From assembly GCA_965222375.1 (NCBI GenBank), contig CBDCTZ010000008.1, forward strand, positions 416,001 through 480,000: a stretch of DNA of 64,000 bases. Direction: 5' to 3'. The notes under the pieces are model-generated. The model worked only from the letters and a program-made list of their open reading frames with translations. It was not told the DNA's origin and ran no database searches. Shown here piece after piece: positions 25,915-35,929 of this stretch. The position numbers and the translations under genes are program-made. Source of the DNA: Polyangiaceae bacterium (GTDB lineage: Bacteria; Myxococcota_A; Polyangia; Polyangiales; Polyangiaceae). Positions within the stretch are counted from its first letter, which is position 1. Each line of letters starts with the position of its first letter.

Positions 25915-28017
25915 GTGAGTTCGAAGCGCACGGCTTGGGTCCTTCGCGGCGGCGCCATCCTGGCGGCCGCAAGCGTCGCCTACGCTTGCCTCGCTCGAGA
26001 CGACGGAGCCTTCGAGAAGCAGTACTCGGACGACGCCGGGCCACCCGGAGCCATTGAGGCCGGTCCAAGCGTCGACGACGCCAAGGGAGAACTGCCCAAC
26101 ATCGATCCCCACGGCGTGCAAGGCGTCGATCCGCCGCATGGCTCCTGGGCAGGCGGGCAGCTCGCCTTGGTGCGAGGCAACGGCTTTTCTAGCGAAGTGC
26201 GAGTTTGGTTCGGTAGTGTCGAGGTACCTGCATCGGACCTAGTGCCCATCGACGCGAAGCGCATACAGGTGACGGTGCCTGGTGGCGCTGCGGGCGCGGT
26301 GGATGTGCGGGTCCAGAACGGCAGCGACGAGTCCACGAGCCGAACCGTGGTGGGTGGCTACACCTACGACGACTTCTTCGTAGAGCCCGCGTCGGGTCCG
26401 ACCTCCGGTGGGACTCACGTCACGCTCCAGGGCAGCGGAACGAACTGGACCGCTGGCACGGAGGTGCTGATCGATCTGGTCCCCTGCGCAGACGTCGTCG
26501 TGGTGAGCAAGACGGAGCTGCGCTGCACCACGCCCGCTGCAGCGCCGGGGGCCAAGCTGGTCCGCGTGACCACGCCGGACAAGGTGAACGTCGATGTGCT
26601 GGACGCGTTCTTGTACGGCAATAGCAACAATGGCTTTCGCGGCGGCCTCAGCGGGCAGCCGTTGAACGGGAAGCTTCGCGTGCTGGCTCTGGACGCCTTC
26701 ACTGGCGATCCCATCCCCGCGGCTCATGTCGTGGCGGGCGATACCCTGGAAAACGCGCTCGTAGCGAAGACCGACGGCGCCGGCGTAGTCGACTTTCAGG
26801 ACGCAGGCCTCTCCAAGAAGCGCTCCGTCACCGTCGCCAAGAAGTGCTATCAGCCGATCACTTTCGTCGATGTGCCCGTCGACACGGTCACGGCCTACCT
26901 CGACCCAATCCTGTCGCCGACCTGCGTGGAGGACGGAGACCCGCCGCCCACGGGCGGCAGCGGTTCCCTTTCCGGCAGCGTGAGTGGTGAGTTGCTGTGG
27001 CCCAAGGCCAAGGAATTCGAACGCGCGGGTTGGACGAACGTGCCGCTGCCCAAGGGGCCCAATGAAGCCCACGTCGCCTACGTGTTCCCTCTAGCGTCGA
27101 CGGTATCCTCTGAATTCCAGCTTCCGGGAAAATTCGCGGCGATCACGCCAGACTCCCCAGGCACCATCGGTTTTGCTTACGGGATGAGCACGTCGACGGG
27201 CAACAAGACCTTCTATGCGCTGGCTGGAATCGAAGATCGGTCCGTGACTCCGCCCAAGTTCATCGCCTACGCCATGGGGATCGTGAAGGGCGTGCCCAGC
27301 GTTCCTGGTGTGGGTACCAACAACATCTACATCGAAATGGACATTCCGCTGGACCACGCCCTGACCGTGTCCGCGGGCGGCCCGACCCCGACGGCCAAAG
27401 GCCCTGATCGCCTGGTCGTCGCTAGCGCTGTGTCTGTGGGCGAGCTGGGCTACGTCATCCTCCCGAATGCAAAAAAGACCGCGTTTTTGCCTGGAAGCTC
27501 GAACTTCTCCTTCGTGGGGCTACCACCCCTGGTGGGCGCGCTGGGCGGGACGCACTACGTCGTCGCCGCCCGCGCTGTCACGGGCAAGGGAGAGGCAACT
27601 CCTGAGTCCGTAGCCACGCGCCTGCAGACCAACACCACCTCCGCGCCCGTCGTCGTCGCTGGTTTCGTGGAGATCCCCAGCCTAGCCACCCCGAAGAACA
27701 ACACCCTCTGGAACGGCCGCGATTTGAGCGTGACCTTCAAGCCCGGTGGCGTCAGCGTGGACCTGACCGTGATTACGATGTCGAGCCTCGGGGGGCTCTC
27801 GAATTGGACCATCGCCGCGCCCGAGGGGGTCAACGACATTCAGCTCCCAGCTCTCGAAGTATTGGATCCCAAAGCCGCCCTGCCCTCAGGGCCGCTGACG
27901 ATTGCCGTATCTCTGGCGAGCATCGCGAGCTTCGACTACGGCTCACTTCGCTATCGCCAGCTCGCAGAACGTGGCTGGAGCGCCCACGCCACGGACATCT
28001 TCTTCTCGCACTGGTGA
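25915..28017 (+). CDS. IPT/TIG-domain surface protein (putative lipoprotein)
   Basis: Signal peptide ending AYAC; two IPT-like repeats (DPPHGSWAGG...VRGNGF; EPASGPTSGGTHVTLQGSG); beta-rich remainder. Confidence 0.75.
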   Translation: MSSKRTAWVLRGGAILAAASVAYACLARDDGAFEKQYSDDAGPPGAIEAGPSVDDAKGELPNIDPHGVQGVDPPHGSWAGGQLALVRGNGFSSEVRVWFGSVEVPASDLVPIDAKRIQVTVPGGAAGAVDVRVQNGSDESTSRTVVGGYTYDDFFVEPASGPTSGGTHVTLQGSGTNWTAGTEVLIDLVPCADVVVVSKTELRCTTPAAAPGAKLVRVTTPDKVNVDVLDAFLYGNSNNGFRGGLSGQPLNGKLRVLALDAFTGDPIPAAHVVAGDTLENALVAKTDGAGVVDFQDAGLSKKRSVTVAKKCYQPITFVDVPVDTVTAYLDPILSPTCVEDGDPPPTGGSGSLSGSVSGELLWPKAKEFERAGWTNVPLPKGPNEAHVAYVFPLASTVSSEFQLPGKFAAITPDSPGTIGFAYGMSTSTGNKTFYALAGIEDRSVTPPKFIAYAMGIVKGVPSVPGVGTNNIYIEMDIPLDHALTVSAGGPTPTAKGPDRLVVASAVSVGELGYVILPNAKKTAFLPGSSNFSFVGLPPLVGALGGTHYVVAARAVTGKGEATPESVATRLQTNTTSAPVVVAGFVEIPSLATPKNNTLWNGRDLSVTFKPGGVSVDLTVITMSSLGGLSNWTIAAPEGVNDIQLPALEVLDPKAALPSGPLTIAVSLASIASFDYGSLRYRQLAERGWSAHATDIFFSHW

Positions 28018-28018
28018 G

Positions 28019-30043
28019 ATGGCATTCGGCACTCGATCCCGCGTCCCAAGGCTGCGGCGCATCCGCCGCGGCCTGTCGTTCCCGGCGCTAGCCGGGGCCG
28101 CTCTGCTGCTCGCCAGTTCCTGTTTCGATCGCACCGACCGCTGGATCCTGCCCGACGAACTGCCCCCACCGAACTGCGTCGTTGGCGATCAGCGCTGCGG
28201 CGCCCTCGGCGTCGAAACCTGTGTGGTCACGGACGGCTTCGCGAACTTCACCGTCACGGAAAACTGCAAGTCTGCGGGGTTGGTGTGCGCACCCAGCCTG
28301 TTGACCTGCAAGCGCTGCGTTCCCGGCGCCAACGTATGCAGTGGGGTGCAAACCGCGGTCTGCGATCAGAGCGGTGACTCACTGACCGTCACGGGTCAGT
28401 GCGATCCGGCCGACAAGGAAGCCTGTCGCAACGGCGGCTGCGTCAACCTCTGCGACGAGGCTCAGACCTTGCGCAGCAATGTGGGTTGTGAGTACTGGGC
28501 TGTGGACCTGGACAACGCCAACGTCGGACTATCCCTGAACGCAGCGAGCCAGCAGTTTGCCGTGGTCGTTTCCAATCCCCAACCTGATGTGCCCGCAGAG
28601 GTCGTGATTGCCAGGGATGATTCCAAGCCGGGCGAAAACCCGAAGGTGGTCGATGTGGCGAGTGCGACCATTCCGCCACTGAGCCTGCGGGTGTTCAAGC
28701 TCGGCCCCCGGGAAGTCGACGGCTCGCCTCCCGGGGAGTTCGATACGGGCAGCCACACGGCACTGACCCGCGGGGCTTACCGGCTGACAAGTGATTTTCC
28801 GGTGGTGGCCTATCAGTTCAACCCGCTGGAGAACGTGAATGTGTTTTCCAACGACGCCTCGCTGCTCAAGCCCGTCGAGGCGCTGGGCGCCGCCGGAACG
28901 AGCCTCGCTCCAGCCTACGTCGTTCTAGGCTGGCCCCAGACCATCGCCACCACTGAAGACCCGAAAACGAACTTCAGCGCGAGTTCCCCAATAGACTTGC
29001 GCTCCTTTCTGACCATTGTTGGTACCCGGCCCAACACGAAAGTCCGCGTCGAGACCACGGCGGGAATCATCGGCGGCGGACCGATCAAGACCACGCCCTC
29101 GGGTGGTGTGGTGGAAGCAGAGCTGGGTCCCTTCGAGGTGCTGAATCTGGAGACCGACGACTTCAACTCGGATTTCTCCGGGTCTCTGATCCACTCGGAT
29201 GCCCCGGTCGTAGTGTTCAGCGGGGGCGAGGCTAGCGACGCACCGTTCTTTTCCGATCTTGCGGAACGCCGCTGTTGCGCGGATCACCTCGAAGAACAGC
29301 TCGACCCGATCCGTACCGCTGGCAAGAAGTTTGCGGCTACGGTTTCCGAAAACCGAACGCGGGCTGTCAATTTGGCGGGGGCGACTCTTGGAGTGGTGGA
29401 GCAACCCGAGTACTTCCGAATCGTCGCAGTTACTACCGCGGGCGCGAAGGTGACGACCAGCCTAGCGGGTCAGTACAAGCAGTTCGAGCTGGCGACCCGC
29501 GGCTCCTTCGTCACGATCCCGAGCTCTCGAGACTTCGTCGTGGAATCCGACGAAGCCGTGATGCTGAGCCAGGTCTCCGCCAGCCAAGACGCCTCGGGCA
29601 TCCCCCGCGGCTTGCCAGGAGGCGATCCCAGCATGTTGATCGTGCCGCCCCTCGAGCAGTTCCGGTTTTCCTATGTATTCTTGACCCCGGACAAATACAG
29701 CTTCGATTTCATTCGCATCATCGCACCGCCGGACGCCACCGTCGTGCTGGACGGAGAGAGTGTGGACAGCCTGGAAAACTGCCGCGTCAGTCCCGCGGAT
29801 GGCCTGACGACTGAAGAGCGTGGCAGCGCTATCCCCTCCCTGGTCGTCCACCGCTGTCAGCTGTCTTTTCCGGTGATCGATCCGACCAAGCCCACGGACC
29901 GCCTGACCCCCGGCCTGCAGAACGACGGCGTGCATCGAGTCGATTCGGATCGCAAGGTCGGCGTCTTGGTAGAGGGCTTCGACAGCTTCGTCAGCTATGC
30001 CTACGCGGGCGGCACTGAGCTCACGTCCATCGTGCCGGAGTAG
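28019..30043 (+). CDS. IgGFc-binding-protein N-terminal-domain lipoprotein
   Basis: Lipobox ASSC, Cys-rich stretch, SNVGCEYWAVDLDN, YQFNPL, SNDASLL, DHLEEQ, GDPSM, SYAYAGG. Confidence 0.85.
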   Translation: MAFGTRSRVPRLRRIRRGLSFPALAGAALLLASSCFDRTDRWILPDELPPPNCVVGDQRCGALGVETCVVTDGFANFTVTENCKSAGLVCAPSLLTCKRCVPGANVCSGVQTAVCDQSGDSLTVTGQCDPADKEACRNGGCVNLCDEAQTLRSNVGCEYWAVDLDNANVGLSLNAASQQFAVVVSNPQPDVPAEVVIARDDSKPGENPKVVDVASATIPPLSLRVFKLGPREVDGSPPGEFDTGSHTALTRGAYRLTSDFPVVAYQFNPLENVNVFSNDASLLKPVEALGAAGTSLAPAYVVLGWPQTIATTEDPKTNFSASSPIDLRSFLTIVGTRPNTKVRVETTAGIIGGGPIKTTPSGGVVEAELGPFEVLNLETDDFNSDFSGSLIHSDAPVVVFSGGEASDAPFFSDLAERRCCADHLEEQLDPIRTAGKKFAATVSENRTRAVNLAGATLGVVEQPEYFRIVAVTTAGAKVTTSLAGQYKQFELATRGSFVTIPSSRDFVVESDEAVMLSQVSASQDASGIPRGLPGGDPSMLIVPPLEQFRFSYVFLTPDKYSFDFIRIIAPPDATVVLDGESVDSLENCRVSPADGLTTEERGSAIPSLVVHRCQLSFPVIDPTKPTDRLTPGLQNDGVHRVDSDRKVGVLVEGFDSFVSYAYAGGTELTSIVPE

Positions 30044-30052
30044 CGAAGCGGC

Positions 30053-31855
30053 TCAACGCCGGGTCAGCGGCCAGGACCGCAACAGCGGCATGGGCGCGCC
30101 AGCGCCGCTTTGGCGCTGCGCCCGCTCGCATTCCGCCACGGACAGGCGCCGAGGCCCAAAGATGGTCGGATCGGCGGCGTCCGCGTCCATCAAATCGCTC
30201 GGGCGATCGACGCCGTAGTCGTCGGGGTGGCCAGGTACGTCCAACAAAATGTGACCTAGTTCGTGAGCCAGCGTGTAGGAACGCGCTCCTGCGACGATGG
30301 CGGCCCGGTCGATGACCACCACGTTCCGAACGCTACCGCCATCCGCGAAAATGAAGCTCTCACCGATTCGTCCCGTCCTCGCAAAGCTGGGGATCACGAT
30401 CACTTCGATGCTCGAGGGATCATCGTCCGATAGGGCCTTGATCAAGGCGCGCTCTTCGACCGTGCCCGCGGCCGCGTCGAAGTCGGAGAAGTGGGTCAAG
30501 CCGTCCGTGAGCTCTACCTGGCCAATACAGACGTTCATGGTCGGATCCGACGAAACCGGTCCCGATGCCGACAACACCGCGCGGGTGCCATCGCGCCGAC
30601 GGACCAGCAGGTCGAAGGTTGGCATCGCCCCCGGAGCGATGCGCGGATTGGGGCTCACCGTCGGCGACAGGCCCGCAGCTATCAGAGCGCGTTTGAGCAA
30701 GTGGGTCACGCGACGTGGCGACGCACCGGGGGGTGTTGCCACTTGCACGGTCTTGCCGTCCACCAGCACGCGAACGTTCCCTCCGCTGGCGGGTAAACCG
30801 CGATCACAGCCCACGGCCAGCAGAAACGGCTCGGGAGGGTCCACAACCTGGATGAATTGCTCCTTGGCGGGCCCAAAGCTCACGCCGCACTGACCCCAAA
30901 CGCCGGATGCGGCAAGCAAGTCCGCTTGGGCCAGCCGTTTGGCCACGGCATCGTTCCCGCCGATAGGCGGCGCGCCCCCCTTCGCTTGGCGCACCAGGTG
31001 CACTCGCAACTTGGCGCGGTACCGCCCCAAGGGTCCGACAGCCGTTACCCGTGGGCCGCCGACCCGCAGCGAGGTGACGGCCCGCTCGTCGACACTGGTG
31101 AGGATCTTGCCGCCGACCTCGGCGCGCAGAGAAACCGCCGCCGAGTCCGGGTGGCTACGATCGATGTCATCGCTGGTGGCGCGCAAGAACGGCGTTGCCC
31201 GGCAGGCCTTGCCAGGGCCGCTCACGGTCTTGGGGCACTTCACAACGGCGAGGGGCACGTCGCCCAGCCGGTCCAAGGGCGCCAACGCCGCATCCACGGA
31301 AACCACATGCACGCTCTTGGGTAGTGTTCCAGCAGGCCCGACGACGAGCCAACGCAGTGAATCGTCGTCCGGCAACGCAGACTTGCTGCGCAGGGAAGCT
31401 GGCAGACTGCGACTGATCGACGCGTGGGACAGCGCCGGATCCACGCGACGGCCGGCGCGATCCAAGAGCGCGAAGCCGAGCACTTGCACCCTGAGCGTGC
31501 GCGCGCCGACGCTGACGGCCGCGGGACCAGGTGTCGTCCCCTGCAGGAACACGCGTTTGGCCCCGCTACCGCGAGGAGCGAGTTTTTCGCGGGCAATCAG
31601 CCGGACTCCACCGTGGGATACCCGGACCCGCTGCCCCTTTGGGTTGTCTATGACGTAGAGCGCCTCGGTCACGGCGGAACCGAAGGTCGTTCCGCGGCCG
31701 TCGGCGATACCGTTGTCGTCGGAATCGTCCAGATCCGCGAAGATGACCACGGAGCCAGCCGCCGGCTCAGCTGCGGACGCATCTGCTCCGGCCTCAGCCG
31801 TAGCGGTGGCGACAGCTAGGCAGCACAGTCCGAAGCCAAGCCGCGCTCGGTTCAC
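30053..31855 (-). CDS. Secreted protein with C-terminal zinc metallopeptidase motif
   Basis: Signal peptide; Asp-rich DLDDSDDNG; TLAHELGHILL...H...DLMD; GTG start overlaps the upstream stop. Confidence 0.7.
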   Translation of the reverse strand: MNRARLGFGLCCLAVATATAEAGADASAAEPAAGSVVIFADLDDSDDNGIADGRGTTFGSAVTEALYVIDNPKGQRVRVSHGGVRLIAREKLAPRGSGAKRVFLQGTTPGPAAVSVGARTLRVQVLGFALLDRAGRRVDPALSHASISRSLPASLRSKSALPDDDSLRWLVVGPAGTLPKSVHVVSVDAALAPLDRLGDVPLAVVKCPKTVSGPGKACRATPFLRATSDDIDRSHPDSAAVSLRAEVGGKILTSVDERAVTSLRVGGPRVTAVGPLGRYRAKLRVHLVRQAKGGAPPIGGNDAVAKRLAQADLLAASGVWGQCGVSFGPAKEQFIQVVDPPEPFLLAVGCDRGLPASGGNVRVLVDGKTVQVATPPGASPRRVTHLLKRALIAAGLSPTVSPNPRIAPGAMPTFDLLVRRRDGTRAVLSASGPVSSDPTMNVCIGQVELTDGLTHFSDFDAAAGTVEERALIKALSDDDPSSIEVIVIPSFARTGRIGESFIFADGGSVRNVVVIDRAAIVAGARSYTLAHELGHILLDVPGHPDDYGVDRPSDLMDADAADPTIFGPRRLSVAECERAQRQSGAGAPMPLLRSWPLTRR

Positions 31856-33051
31856 TCGGGCCACCCGAGTTGAACTCGGCGGTATCGGGGCTCGGTGACT
31901 AGGCAGGCGTCGTCGGCTGCCTGCATCACCAACGCAGCCCAAGCGGCAGTGGGTAGATGTTTGCTCCCGAGCACCGCGGAGCCGAGTTCTCGAGCCCGTT
32001 CACGCCGTCCGGAATCGTGCAGCGCTGCCGCTGCCAAACCGCGTAGCGGTTCGCGCCGGGTGTTCGCGGCGAGTTTTTCCAATGCTCCCGCCAAGTCTTC
32101 CCGGTCGTGATCTCGAGCCAAATACAACGCGGCGCGAACCGCGCCTTCGTTGGACAGCGACCCTTTCGCAACACCCTCTAACATGGCTCGCGCGGCGGGC
32201 GCCTTGGCGGCAGCCAGACGGTACAAGAACGTCAAGTCCCGATCCGAACTGGGACGGTCGCTCAGCCGCGCGACGAGCTCCACCGTCGGGCGCACATCCG
32301 GCGGAGATTCCGCCTCGTCGGTGAGGGCCCAGGCAACCATGGCCCATGCCGCCCGGGCGCTGCTCGGGCCGTCCTCCGCCCGCTCGCGTGCCTCCTTGAG
32401 CGGTTTCGGATCTCCCGCGCGAGTGGCTAGCGCGCCCAGCACGAGCCACCGACCCAGATGGCGCTCCGCATCCCGCAACACGGCCAGCGCCGGAGCAATG
32501 CCCGATGGCAAAGCGCGTCCCCACAACAGCGGCACCAAGATCTCAGCGCACAAGGCAAGCCGATGGCTCTCTTTGATTTTGGGCGCGACAGAAGCGATGT
32601 GCTGCCCCGTCGACTCGCCTCGTGCCACGCGCGCAACTTCTGCAGCGAAGACGAGGTGCGGATGGCGGTTCATGACCGCGCGCGCAAGGGGTTCGGCCAG
32701 CGCCTCGTCCTTGGCAAAGCCGACCGCACTCAAGGTCGGCAGGCCACCGGAATCTTCCGCAGTCAGCGCGTCGCGAAAAGACCGCGTCGCGGCAGGTGCA
32801 TCCGTTTCGGCCAGACCTCGCGCCAGGGCCGCGTAGAGAGGTCGCCCGAAGGAGCCGCGGCGCACCAGCACCGAGAGCGCTTCGCTACCTGCGTCGATCA
32901 GCCGGGCGGAAAATGGCAGTAAGCAGCGCACCGCACCGCCGAGGCGCCCCTCCTGGGACGGCTTGCGCCGCAGCGCCGCCTTGAGATCCGCCGCAAGGCG
33001 CTCGGCCTGTGCGGTCTCCAACTGTTCCCCCCAAGCCGCCCTCGTTGCCAT
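31852..33051 (-). CDS. Ala/Leu-rich alpha-helical (HEAT-like) hypothetical protein
   Basis: Long ORF coupled to the downstream gene; helical repeat composition; start 33051 or 33075. Confidence 0.6.
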   Translation of the reverse strand: MATRAAWGEQLETAQAERLAADLKAALRRKPSQEGRLGGAVRCLLPFSARLIDAGSEALSVLVRRGSFGRPLYAALARGLAETDAPAATRSFRDALTAEDSGGLPTLSAVGFAKDEALAEPLARAVMNRHPHLVFAAEVARVARGESTGQHIASVAPKIKESHRLALCAEILVPLLWGRALPSGIAPALAVLRDAERHLGRWLVLGALATRAGDPKPLKEARERAEDGPSSARAAWAMVAWALTDEAESPPDVRPTVELVARLSDRPSSDRDLTFLYRLAAAKAPAARAMLEGVAKGSLSNEGAVRAALYLARDHDREDLAGALEKLAANTRREPLRGLAAAALHDSGRRERARELGSAVLGSKHLPTAAWAALVMQAADDACLVTEPRYRRVQLGWPE

Positions 33052-33236
33052 TTGGCTATCCGGGGACGGTAGCACTGATTTGGGCTGATCTCCCGTTCAA
33101 TATCCGGGGTTTTTTCAGAGAAAACGCCGTAAGGTGAAAAGACTGGCGAGCGTTTGATGAGTTGACCGGGCCTGCCCGTCCAAGTACTAAACACACGTTT
33201 TCGGCGTACAAGCCATAGGAATCGAGGAGTCACCCC

Positions 33237-33665
33237 ATGCGCAAAGCGCTCTTGTCTTCAATTGTCGTCGTGGTCGTCCCGGCCCTAGTCGCCACAGCCT
33301 GCAAGAAAAAGGAAGAGGAGCCACCGCCCGAGAGTGGCTACCAGCCGGGCTATGGTCAGCAACCCGGTGGGTACGGCCAGCAGCCTGGTGGGTACGGCCA
33401 GCAGCCCGGTGGCTACGGCCAGCAGCCCCAGCCGGGTGGGTATGGCGGAGGCACCACGCCGCCGGCCGCCACCGGAACGGGGCAGATGTCGACTCCCGCG
33501 CCGATGGCGTTCCCTTGCCAGAGTGACGCCCAGTGCCTGACTCACCGCTGCAACACGGCACACAGCAAGTGCGCCTGGCCTTGCCAGACGAACGCTGACT
33601 GCGCGCCGGGCAACCAGTGTGTGGCGCCGGCTTGCGTCCCCGCCTTGGGCACGCCGACCCAGTAG
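33237..33665 (+). CDS. Lipoprotein with (GYGQQPG)n repeats and Cys-rich C-domain
   Basis: GAGGAG RBS, lipobox ATAC, 21-bp repeats, CQSDAQC...CQTNADCAPGNQC. Confidence 0.8.
   Translation: MRKALLSSIVVVVVPALVATACKKKEEEPPPESGYQPGYGQQPGGYGQQPGGYGQQPGGYGQQPQPGGYGGGTTPPAATGTGQMSTPAPMAFPCQSDAQCLTHRCNTAHSKCAWPCQTNADCAPGNQCVAPACVPALGTPTQ
33346..33445. repeat. 21-bp coding tandem repeat (PGGYGQQ)
   Basis: About 4-5 imperfect units. Confidence 0.8.
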
Positions 33666-33668
33666 CTG

Positions 33669-34004
33669 TTGGCCACGCAACAACAGTACGAGGAGCGTGC
33701 GGAGCCAGAGCTGCGCGCGCTCCTGGATGCGTTGGACGGCCTCGAGTTCGACGAGGTCGAGGCCGAGCTGGCCAGCGATATTCTGACCCTCGAATTCACG
33801 GACGGCACTCAGTACGTCGTGAACTCGCATCGGGCCGCGCGACAGATCTGGATGGCCGCTGAGCGCAACGCATGGCACTTCGATTGGGTCCCCGAAAAAG
33901 GCGCCTGGATCGACGACAAGCGTGGCCAGGAGTTGTGGCAGACCGTCGCCGCCGCCCTGAGCACCAAGCTCGGCCAAGCCGTGGAACTAGCCCGCACGCT
34001 CTGA
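33669..34004 (+). CDS. cyaY: Frataxin-like iron donor CyaY
   Basis: ILTLEF.DG.QYVVNSH.AARQIWMAA...AWHF. Confidence 0.9.
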   Translation: MATQQQYEERAEPELRALLDALDGLEFDEVEAELASDILTLEFTDGTQYVVNSHRAARQIWMAAERNAWHFDWVPEKGAWIDDKRGQELWQTVAAALSTKLGQAVELARTL

Positions 34005-35606
34005 GCGCCGACGCCAGAGCAGGAGCAGACCCAGCGCCGCCAGGCTCCACGGGGCGCCGCCGCTGCGCTGGCTGCCCGCAACGCGACAGCCACAGCCGCC
34101 GTCGTCGCCTTCTCCTCCCGCCGATCCGCCGGCGGATGCGCCACCGCTACCAGCGGCTGCGCCGGAACCTGCACTAGCGCCACTTCCCCCGACCCCGCTG
34201 CCGGCCGCACCCCCGCTACTGCTGCCCCCGCTACCTCCGGAGGCGCCGCCGGTGCCGGGTGCGCCCGCCGCAGCCGTGCCGGACTTGAAGTCGTCGGCAG
34301 GGCTCCAGCCCGGGTTGGTGCCCTCCCCTTGGTACGCGCCGCGATAGCTGAAATCCTTCTTGGTAGAGTTGAAATCGAGATCGTACTCCGTGTCTCCCGC
34401 GACCATGGTCAGGTCCATCGCCGCGGCTTTGAGCGCACTGCCCGACTTGGGATAGAAGTCCATCTCGCCCAACACCTTGCTGGGTTTGTTCACGTAGTTG
34501 CCTGCATTGGCCACGCTGTCGGTGACATTGTCCTTTTGGCCGGCCACGCTTCCGGAGAACGCCTTCCCGGAGAAGATCGCGTTGCCTACGACGAAGCCGC
34601 TCCCGCTTGGCGCGGAGCCGAAGGAGATCCCCGTCGCTGTGTCGAAGATCGTGTTGTTGTAGATCCACGCGTCGATCACGGTCTTGCCGGCATGGTTCGT
34701 GACGCGGATCGCGGGTTGCTTGGAATCGACGAAGACGTTGTCGTGGATGTGCAAGCGGCCGTTGCCCTGGAACAGCGCATCGTCGTCGTTATGGAAGAAG
34801 AAGTTTCCGTAGATTTCGACCCAGTCCTTGCTTCCGGGACCACTGGCCGGCGGCCCGTCCACCAGCAGATTCGGGCGCGCTCCGCTCGGGCTAGGATTGT
34901 TGGATTTGATGAACACATTGTGCCGAACCACCGTGACGCGGTCGTCCTTCGGTACCTGCGGCACGTCGCCCTGCCCTCGATCGGTCTGGTGCTTGATCTG
35001 CATGTTGTAGCCGAGGGTGTCGCGAAACAGATTGCCCTCCACCACCCCGCCGATGAACGCGCGCGAGCCGTCGCTGTTACCGAAGTACATGCCCGTACCC
35101 GCGCCATCGATCAGGTTGTTCCGGACGATCCAGTCCCAGGTGACGATCTTGGTACTGACGCCCACGGTCTGCTGACTGCTGCCACCCCCGCTGTGCTTGA
35201 TGATGGTGCAGCCCTCGATGGTGATGTGGTGCGCGTAGTCGCTAGCCTGGCCGCCAGCTTTGATCGCGTCGATTCCGCTGATGTCCTGGCCATCCAGTAG
35301 CAAGTTTCGGATCGTGATGTACTCGGCGTTGCGGATGTCGATGGTGTTCTTTCCGCTCTTGCCAACGAAGCGCGCTAGCGCGCCGGATGCGGGCCCTTCG
35401 ATGACGATGGGCATGGCAGCCGTACCTGCCATGTTCACGATGTTCATGCCGCTGAGGTAGTCCCCCGCCGCCAGCTTGAGGGTGTCGCCGGGCCCCAGGC
35501 TCCCGAGCTTCTGCTGATAGTCGCTGGGCGTCGCGGAAACATCCGCGGCCGATGCGATCTGAGAAAAGGAGAGACAGCCCAACAAGATCCCGAGCGCGCT
35601 ACGCAT
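33987..35606 (-). CDS. Secreted right-handed beta-helix (polysaccharide lyase-like) protein with MYXO-CTERM-type tail
   Basis: GGAGG RBS, signal peptide, PGDTLKLAAGDY, repeated xxNxF strands, Gly linker, GGCGCRV + TM + RRR. Confidence 0.8.
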   Translation of the reverse strand: MRSALGILLGCLSFSQIASAADVSATPSDYQQKLGSLGPGDTLKLAAGDYLSGMNIVNMAGTAAMPIVIEGPASGALARFVGKSGKNTIDIRNAEYITIRNLLLDGQDISGIDAIKAGGQASDYAHHITIEGCTIIKHSGGGSSQQTVGVSTKIVTWDWIVRNNLIDGAGTGMYFGNSDGSRAFIGGVVEGNLFRDTLGYNMQIKHQTDRGQGDVPQVPKDDRVTVVRHNVFIKSNNPSPSGARPNLLVDGPPASGPGSKDWVEIYGNFFFHNDDDALFQGNGRLHIHDNVFVDSKQPAIRVTNHAGKTVIDAWIYNNTIFDTATGISFGSAPSGSGFVVGNAIFSGKAFSGSVAGQKDNVTDSVANAGNYVNKPSKVLGEMDFYPKSGSALKAAAMDLTMVAGDTEYDLDFNSTKKDFSYRGAYQGEGTNPGWSPADDFKSGTAAAGAPGTGGASGGSGGSSSGGAAGSGVGGSGASAGSGAAAGSGGASAGGSAGGEGDDGGCGCRVAGSQRSGGAPWSLAALGLLLLWRRRSERAG

Positions 35607-35665
35607 GACCTCCATGGGACCCAATAGCGCGGCCCAGCGCAACGGCCGCACCCGACCAGGCCATT

Positions 35666-35929
35666 TCAGCGCTGGGCGCGCCGATTACGGATCCGCTGAC
35701 CCCAAACGAATCCCCCGACCATCACCAGCACGCCCACGACGATCCCGAGCACCAGGGTGCGGCTGCGTCGTTTGGCCCTCTCCTCCCGCGCCGCAAGCAT
35801 GGCGGGGGGAGCGTCCCCGGGCCGAGGCGGCACCGAGGCCACGGGCGCCACCTCGCCAGCCTGCGCTCGGGCAGTCCCGGGCAGCGAGCAAGCGATGAGC
35901 AGCGCCAGGATCCACGACCTCAGGGGCAA
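35666..35929 (-). CDS. Small membrane protein
   Basis: Signal-like N-terminus and C-terminal TM followed by Arg cluster; start uncertain. Confidence 0.5.
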   Translation of the reverse strand: MPLRSWILALLIACSLPGTARAQAGEVAPVASVPPRPGDAPPAMLAAREERAKRRSRTLVLGIVVGVLVMVGGFVWGQRIRNRRAQR

